Origin: Candidatus Jordarchaeia archaeon
GTDB lineage: Archaea > Asgardarchaeota > Jordiarchaeia > Jordiarchaeales > Jordiarchaeaceae
Direction: 5' to 3'
Length of the DNA: 13,301 bases
Assembly: GCA_029856435.1 (NCBI GenBank)
Contig: JAHQXB010000004.1
Location: 1 to 13,301, forward strand
The notes under the pieces were generated by a model that did no database searches, was not told where the DNA came from, and worked only from the letters and a program-made list of their open reading frames with translations. A program made the translations under genes and the position numbers. Positions 7,918-13,301 of this stretch are shown in pieces (positions within the stretch are counted from its first letter, which is position 1; each line of letters begins with the position of its first letter).

Positions 7918-8092
7918 AAACGCCCTCCCAAAAAGGTTCCAAAACCAAAAAAGGGGCGGATACAAAACTGTCACCACGTAGTTTCAAACAATTTTCCCCT
8001 AACTTTCAAAAATTGAATAACCTTTCATTTTTTTATTCTGAAGGCTCTCTCTTCGGTCTGAAAGCACTTGTAGGACACCCTTTTCCTTTAAT

Positions 8093-8226
8093 GGCTCTGT
8101 TGAATAATAAGTTTTTCAAAATATTGTTTGTTTTTTAAAATTTTTCAAATTCGACAATGTAAAATTTCAAAAATTCATCAGGAGGGTAAGGAAATTGAAA
8201 AAATAAAACTTTTTTTCAGCAGAGCC
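8093..8226. mobile_element. 134-bp MITE with IS5-family (IS903-like) terminal inverted repeats
   Basis: Left end GGCTCTGTTGAA versus right-end reverse complement GGCTCTGCTGAA. 8132-8226 is nearly identical, in inverted orientation, to 13017-13109 (2 substitutions and one 2-nt indel). It lies between convergent genes. Confidence 0.8.
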
Positions 8227-8402
8227 ATTTCAAGCGTGATTCTCGCAAACGCCCCATAAACATATTTGCAGACCCTCGCTCCGCCTAGATGGCTTTAGAG
8301 ACTTAATTCTTGGAGGCTAATTCTGAAGACAATTAAGAGGGATTTTCACTCTCCAAAAAAGGGATAAAAACAAGACTGGTGATTGCTTTTTCCAATTATT
8401 GG

Positions 8403-9188
8403 CTACTTTTTGGAAGTGTGCTTTTCCTCAGCGATTAGTGCTGCTCCCAGTGCCCCTATGACTTGGGGGTCTAGAGGTAGTTTTTTTATTTCTACGCCTA
8501 GTTTCTTTTTTATGGCTTCAATCACGCCACTGTTTTTGGCGACTCCTCCAGTTACTGTGATGTCTTCTTTTAAGCCCACTTTGTGGATTAGGGATATGAT
8601 TCTGCTGGCTATGGACTCGTGTATTCCTGCAATTATGTCCACTACCTCTATTCCTTGTGCGATGAGGCTGATGACCTCGGTTTCGGCGAAAACGCTGCAT
8701 TGGCTGGTTATTTGGGCGGGTTTGGTTGATTTTTTGGAGAGTTCTCCCAGTTCTTCGAGTTTCACTTCTAGGGCTTTAGCCATAACTTCTAGGAATCTTC
8801 CTGTGCCTGCGGCGCATTTATCGTTCATAGCGAAATCGAGTATTTTACCATCTTCGTCCAGTCTGATTACCTTACAGTCTTGTCCACCCACATCTATCAC
8901 GGTTCTAATGGTGGGGATCAGCCAGTGGGCACCTTTGCCGTGACAGCTTAGTTCGGAAACATTTAGGTTGGCAAAGGGAACCTTCATTCTCCCATAGCCT
9001 GTACCCACAATGTATTCTAGGTCTCCAAGTTTTAATCCTGCCTTTTCAAGTGCAGCTTCTAAGGCGTTCCAAGAAGTTTTTTCGGGCTTAATTGTTGAGG
9101 AAACTATGCTGTAGGAAAGTACTTCACCATTTTTCATGATTAAGGCTTTGCCAGTTAGAGAGCCGACATCGCATCCTGCCACTATCAT
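8403..9188 (-). CDS. ATP-dependent activase of the 2-hydroxyacyl-CoA dehydratase / BCR family (HgdC/BadF-type ASKHA ATPase)
   Basis: GCDVGS, TGYGR, ELSCH, DVGGQD, MNDKCAAGTGRFLE, QCSVFAETEV and TGGVAKNSG. ATG 9188 is preferred over GTG 9197 because GGGTG lies 6 nt upstream of it. Confidence 0.93.
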   Translation of the reverse strand: MIVAGCDVGSLTGKALIMKNGEVLSYSIVSSTIKPEKTSWNALEAALEKAGLKLGDLEYIVGTGYGRMKVPFANLNVSELSCHGKGAHWLIPTIRTVIDVGGQDCKVIRLDEDGKILDFAMNDKCAAGTGRFLEVMAKALEVKLEELGELSKKSTKPAQITSQCSVFAETEVISLIAQGIEVVDIIAGIHESIASRIISLIHKVGLKEDITVTGGVAKNSGVIEAIKKKLGVEIKKLPLDPQVIGALGAALIAEEKHTSKK

Positions 9189-9203
9189 TCTTAACACCCA
9201 GAT

Positions 9204-10487
9204 TTATATTATGGTGGTGAAGAATTGTTCAAGTCGGGCTTCTATGGCTACTCGAGGTACGGGTCTGGAGTCCATGGTGTCCACTTCAAAGGTTAGGGTG
9301 GGGATTCCAACTTCTTCTCGCAGGGATTCTGCCAGTAGTTTTATTAGGCCCCAACTGTGTTTGCAGGCCATGTGTCCCGAAAAGATGGCGCAGTCTGCAC
9401 TGTATTCCTTGCACATTTTTATGTAGTCGTCGATGTAGTATTCCGCGGGTCCCCGGCACTGGCGAGCCATGGGCATGTCTAGGACTTTTTCTGCTAGTCC
9501 TTCAAGTATTTTGTCGGTGCTGGAGGTGTTTATGGGTTTGGTTATAAAGTAGCCCAGCATGTCCATAACTACTACTGCGCCGAACTTTTCAGCCATCCAG
9601 TTAAACAGGTCTGGCGAGAAGAAAACATGGGTGTACAGCCATACCACCCTAATTTTTTCCTCGGGAATCACTCCCTCCTTTCTCTTTACCTTTTCTGCGG
9701 CTTGGTTCCTCATCTTTTTAGCGTATTCTACGCATTCAGGCGTTCCAGCAGTCGTGAGTTCTACTATGTAGTTGTTGAAGGGGGTTAGGCTGGGGAGAGG
9801 GCTTGGGATGGTCTTCATTAATTCGTTGAATTCCAGAATATTTTCCTGGGCCTCGTTTGACATTTCGACAACTTTTTTTAGTTTTTCGGTGTCCAATTCG
9901 TATCCCAATTGTTTCTCGAGCCACTCCACCATTTTTTCCAATTGGTTTTTGAGGTAGGGTAAGGTTTTCTCGTTATAAAATTTTGATTGGGGATCATAGT
10001 GCCAGTAGGGGACATCAATGGGAAAGGAGGGCACTTTGAACAGGTTTTCATATATTTGGTACTCAATGTTAAGCGAGTCGCAGGGCTGAGCAGCATAAAT
10101 AATGTAGTCTGGCTTGGGAGCGTCGCCCTTAAGGTAGGCTCCTATTAGGGGCTTTTGAGCGTTGCACAGTTCCTTGGGAATGCCTGATTCCTCCGCAATG
10201 TCTATGTAGGGCTCATTCATAGCCAATCCCGTAGCCGCTAATCCCACTGAAAGAGCTTCTTGGCATAGGGGATAGGTGTCCATGGCGTAGAAAATTTCGG
10301 GGGTGAAACAGAAATTGTACATCACTATTTTTTTCCCCCGCTTTTTATAGTTGAAGTAGTTGTCCACATAGGTGAACAAGCTGTCTATAGTCTCTTTGTG
10401 GTAAACGTTGGGAATGGGGTTGTCCTTTACAAAGCTAAAAATGGTTCTGAGAGTTTCTATCATTGCTGGACCTTTTTGTTCACCCAC
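9204..10487 (-). CDS. 2-hydroxyacyl-CoA dehydratase / benzoyl-CoA reductase family subunit, HgdA/BcrB-like
   Basis: FTPEIFYAMD, LCNAQK, QPCDS, IDVPY, DCAIFSGHMACKHSWG and GIPTLTFEVDTMDSR. GTG start with GGAGG 8 nt upstream, 2 bp after the upstream stop. Confidence 0.88.
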   Translation of the reverse strand: MGEQKGPAMIETLRTIFSFVKDNPIPNVYHKETIDSLFTYVDNYFNYKKRGKKIVMYNFCFTPEIFYAMDTYPLCQEALSVGLAATGLAMNEPYIDIAEESGIPKELCNAQKPLIGAYLKGDAPKPDYIIYAAQPCDSLNIEYQIYENLFKVPSFPIDVPYWHYDPQSKFYNEKTLPYLKNQLEKMVEWLEKQLGYELDTEKLKKVVEMSNEAQENILEFNELMKTIPSPLPSLTPFNNYIVELTTAGTPECVEYAKKMRNQAAEKVKRKEGVIPEEKIRVVWLYTHVFFSPDLFNWMAEKFGAVVVMDMLGYFITKPINTSSTDKILEGLAEKVLDMPMARQCRGPAEYYIDDYIKMCKEYSADCAIFSGHMACKHSWGLIKLLAESLREEVGIPTLTFEVDTMDSRPVPRVAIEARLEQFFTTII

Positions 10488-10489
10488 TT

Positions 10490-11620
10490 TTATAACCTCC
10501 TCGCCTCAATGCTTTCCAGAAAGGCTTGAATACGGGTTTTTGCGGCTTCCACACCGCTCAAAACATATTCTCTCTCAAGCTCCAGAAATGGAATTCCTCT
10601 CTCCCTGAGCTCCCTTCTGAACATGAAGCATTCACCTCCCCAGAAATCGCAGAACTTCATCCTCTGGAAAACCACGCCCTCCACATCAAACTCCTTAATG
10701 GTGTTAAGAACATATTGTAGTCTTGTGTCGTGTTCACCTATCATTCGGGCGCATGGCACCTTCTTGAGATACCTCTCAGCCAAGTTATGTATGGGGTCTC
10801 CAGACTCTTTAACTGGGTCCCAGAAGTAGCGGGTACCGAAGCATAGGGCGTCAGCCACCACTAAACCTCCCATGTTTTCTATCATCTCTATGTAGTGGGG
10901 GTCGTCAAGAAGGCTCCCCATTACAAGCAGTCTGGCGCGGTAGTTTGAGTATCCCTCTCTGTCCACTAGCTCGTTTAGGAGCTGGTTTAAGAGCAGTTTG
11001 AGTTGATGTTTGGGAACAGCGGTGCTCGCAGTTACCACACTTATGAATTCTGTTCCATTAATCTTGGGGCTTTTCTCCTTCCTAATATTGTAGAGCTCCT
11101 TGAGGAGTCCGCGGACATCGTTGTAAATCCTTATTGCTTCCCACAGTTTTTCCTCCGAAATGTCAATTTTGAAGTGCTTCTCTAAGCTATCCTTAAGTAT
11201 GGTTATTTCGTGGGTGAAGGTTTCTATTGCTTCATCGTTAATTATTCGGGGCACCTGAAGGAAGTGTTTGAAGGGTGTTCCCACCTTTTGCTTCCAAACA
11301 TCGTATCCTCTCCGAATGTGGTCACAACTATTGCAGGAAACGATTCCATCCAAAAAAGGGTACCTTTTTTCCAGTGCCATCTCTAAAGTGCAACGTACAA
11401 AGGAGCAGTTAAAACTGGAGAGAAAAGCATCCGCCAAAGAAGTTTCTCTGCAGCCCGTAGCCCTAATCCTCACCGGAAGAATGCCCGCAGCGTATATGGT
11501 TTCTTCTGGAACATGGGTGCAGAAATAGCCAAGAATATGGCCCTTAGTCTTCCAAGAATCAATCCAAATATTAGAAAGAGAACCGGAAACCCCAATGAGA
11601 GTCTCCAGAGTTTTCAGCAA
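10490..11620 (-). CDS. 2-hydroxyacyl-CoA dehydratase / benzoyl-CoA reductase family subunit, HgdB/BcrC-like
   Basis: GYFCTHVPEETIYAAGILPVR, FNCSF, NSCDHIRR, DALCFGTRYF, KFCDFWG and KTRIQAFLE. TTG 11620 is preferred over 11653 because GGAGG lies 9 nt upstream. Confidence 0.88.
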   Translation of the reverse strand: MLKTLETLIGVSGSLSNIWIDSWKTKGHILGYFCTHVPEETIYAAGILPVRIRATGCRETSLADAFLSSFNCSFVRCTLEMALEKRYPFLDGIVSCNSCDHIRRGYDVWKQKVGTPFKHFLQVPRIINDEAIETFTHEITILKDSLEKHFKIDISEEKLWEAIRIYNDVRGLLKELYNIRKEKSPKINGTEFISVVTASTAVPKHQLKLLLNQLLNELVDREGYSNYRARLLVMGSLLDDPHYIEMIENMGGLVVADALCFGTRYFWDPVKESGDPIHNLAERYLKKVPCARMIGEHDTRLQYVLNTIKEFDVEGVVFQRMKFCDFWGGECFMFRRELRERGIPFLELEREYVLSGVEAAKTRIQAFLESIEARRL

Positions 11621-11746
11621 AATAAATCTCCTCCACAATCCATATGACCACACCTAAAAACAGGGTGGAGAAAGGTAATAAAATATTTTTTTGACCACCC
11701 AGATCATCAAATTACTATCTGTCCCTGACCTAGATTCTTCTCAGAT

Positions 11747-12412
11747 TCATTTTTCGATTTGCTTTAAGGCATCCTCTACAGCTTTTCGAACTTCTTGTGA
11801 CTCATCCTTTAGGCTTTGCCTGAGGGGCTCTGTTGCTCTTTTGTCTCCGATTTTTCCTAGGGCTCTGGCCGCCCCCCTTCTGGCATACCAGTCCTCATCT
11901 TTCAAAACTTTTATGAGGGACTCTACTGCCCTGCTATCTCCTATTTCTCCCAATGCCTCTGCCGCCACACCCCTAATATATCCTTCCTCCACATTTAGCA
12001 TTTTCAGGAGCGGCTCCACGGCTCTGGCGTCTTTTATGTTTCCGAGGGCTAAAGCTACCTCCCCCACTACGTCCCAGTTTTCATCATTTAAAGCTTGAAT
12101 TAAGGGTTCAACTGCTCTTTTGTCTCCTATTCTGCCCAGAGCCCAGGCTGCATTTAACCGAACATCGTCATCTTCATCCTTCACCAACAGTTGTATTAGG
12201 GCTTCTATGGCTCTGGGGTCCCCTATTTCTCCGAGGGCCCCCGCTGCTGCGCTTCGAACTTCGGCAAATTTATCCTTTAGGGTTTCGATGAGCGGCTCAA
12301 CTGCTTGGGGATCTCCCAATGAGCCTAAAGCTTCAGCTGCTTCTAATCGAACCACAAAATCTTCATCCACCAGTTCTTTTATTAAAGCCTTCAATTCCCT
12401 TTCTCCACTCAT
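11747..12412 (-). CDS. PBS-lyase-type HEAT repeat protein
   Basis: About 6-7 tandem ~31-aa repeats of the form VRxxAAxALGxIGDxRAVEPLIxxLxDE make up the whole protein. ATG 12412 follows GGCGGGTG; GTG 12424 is an alternative start. Confidence 0.93.
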   Translation of the reverse strand: MSGERELKALIKELVDEDFVVRLEAAEALGSLGDPQAVEPLIETLKDKFAEVRSAAAGALGEIGDPRAIEALIQLLVKDEDDDVRLNAAWALGRIGDKRAVEPLIQALNDENWDVVGEVALALGNIKDARAVEPLLKMLNVEEGYIRGVAAEALGEIGDSRAVESLIKVLKDEDWYARRGAARALGKIGDKRATEPLRQSLKDESQEVRKAVEDALKQIEK

Positions 12413-12634
12413 CTTACTCAACACCCGCCACTATTCGCCAATTATTATTGTTCCACGTTTTTCTAAAATTTTTTAACCCTTGAGCCGCCACTCCAAAATT
12501 CACAGTACATTTCTCATATATGGACTCTCCAAAGTTCTCTCCTTTTTTTGGGAGATGATAACGAACCTAGTTTAAAACAATTTTTGTGGAAAAAAAGAGT
12601 AAAGGTTTCCCTTTTAAATTTTTGTTTTGGGTTT

Positions 12635-12919
12635 TCACTTCTCTGTCAGCTCTTCGACTTCCTTTTTGCCTTTTTCCAGTTCTTGCACCTGTCCCTCATC
12701 TATCTTTAGCAGTAGGCTTAGAAATTCTCCCACGTGAGTCTTTTCTTCCTTCGCTATGTCCAAGAGAACCTTTCTGGTGTTGTTGTCTTTAGTCATATCT
12801 GCCAGTTGTTCATATAGGCTAATCGCATCTAGCTCCGCTATAATTCCTGCTCTTAGTATCTCTTTTTCAAGATTTTCCTTCCTAACTTTGCTAAGATCTA
12901 TGGGCATTTGTGACAGCAT
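12635..12919 (-). CDS. Small ferritin-like protein of the encapsulated-ferritin (EncFtn/Flp) type
   Basis: EILRAGIIAELDAISLYEQLA...LLDIAKEEKTHVGEFLSLLLKID matches the two-helix ferroxidase pattern (ELDAxxLY...EExxH) of the Pyrococcus encapsulin-fused Flp as I recall it. ATG 12919 follows RBS GGGGTG. Confidence 0.88.
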   Translation of the reverse strand: MLSQMPIDLSKVRKENLEKEILRAGIIAELDAISLYEQLADMTKDNNTRKVLLDIAKEEKTHVGEFLSLLLKIDEGQVQELEKGKKEVEELTEK

Positions 12920-13016
12920 TTCACACACCCCATTTAGATGACGAATAAACTACTTATAAAGATAATTATGATTGAAACGTTCATGTAGATTCCCGCAATT
13001 GCACACTTCCCATTAA

Positions 13017-13151
13017 GGCTCTGTTGAAAAAGTTTTATTTTTTCAATTTCCTTACCATCCTGATGAATTTTTGAAATTTTACATTGTCGAATTTGAAAAA
13101 TTTTAAAAATAATATATAAATATACTAGAAAAAGTAAAATTATACAACAGC
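13017..13151. mobile_element. Second copy of the ~135-bp MITE, inverted relative to 8093-8226, with one TIR degenerate
   Basis: Starts GGCTCTGTTGAAAAAG. About 93 bp are near-identical to the reverse complement of 8132-8226. The far end reads GAAAAAGTAAAATTATACAACAGC versus GAAAAACTTATTATTCAACAGAGCC in copy 1. Confidence 0.75.
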
Positions 13152-13300
13152 ATAGGTAGGTATGCGTCATCATACCTCCTGTATGCGTAGTAGAGCTGAG
13201 GCTTCACAACACCATATAGCTCCCTCACGAGTTCATAGGGAGCCTTCTGCTCCGCCCCTGTCTGGAAGCACCCGCCCACAAGAGTCGGGAGGATGTTTTT
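13103..13300 (-). pseudogene. 3' fragment of an unidentified CDS entering from the right edge, apparently truncated by the MITE
   Basis: An open frame KNILPTLVGGCFQTGAEQKAPYELVRELYGVVKPQLYYAYRRYDDAYLP lies in GC-richer, coding-like DNA. It runs at 13153 into MITE-derived MLLYNFTFSSIFIYYF*. Confidence 0.45.
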
Positions 13301-13301
13301 G

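Noticed and set aside
7893-8138. ORFs 7893-8138 and 12934-13173
   Set aside because: They read through AT-rich intergenic and MITE sequence and are not protein-like.
11663-11700. GGGTGG/CCACCC inverted repeat flanking the AT-rich promoter region of the radical-enzyme operon
   Set aside because: The arms are only 6 bp with a 26-nt spacer, too weak without conservation data.
11747-12412. DNA-level periodicity resembling a repeat array or CRISPR
   Set aside because: It is explained by HEAT protein repeats; there are no identical repeats with unique spacers.
1234-12941. Numerous antisense or alternate-frame ORFs (e.g. 2272-2661, 8383-8943, 11691-12098, 12120-12476)
   Set aside because: They are shadows of well-supported genes on the opposite strand or in another frame.

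Overview
Archaeal genomic window, judged from BRE/TATA promoters, GGAGG/GAGGTGA ribosome-binding sites and frequent GTG/TTG starts. An anaerobic lineage such as Asgard or Bathyarchaeia is plausible, but that is inference. From left to right: (1) two tandem paralogous RPxGV-type membrane protein genes, one running off the left edge and one a pseudogene with an in-frame TGA and two frameshifts; (2) a minus-strand operon of a VAO/PCMH-family FAD oxidoreductase that lacks the 2-hydroxyacid-binding motif, plus an HdrD/GlcF-like CCG Fe-S protein; (3) a 184-bp fold-back MITE-like element with a target-site duplication; (4) a membrane-anchored helix-hairpin-helix/DUF4332 protein; (5) an ArsB/NhaD (YbiR-like) ion-transporter-superfamily permease; (6) a three-gene radical-enzyme operon of the 2-hydroxyacyl-CoA dehydratase/benzoyl-CoA reductase family, with BCR-like gene order but only one ATPase activase; (7) a HEAT-repeat protein; (8) a stand-alone encapsulated-ferritin-like protein with no targeting peptide; (9) a gene fragment at the right edge apparently truncated by a MITE. 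A second MITE family of about 135 bp with IS903-like ends occurs in two clear copies and one decayed copy. No tRNA, rRNA or CRISPR array was found.
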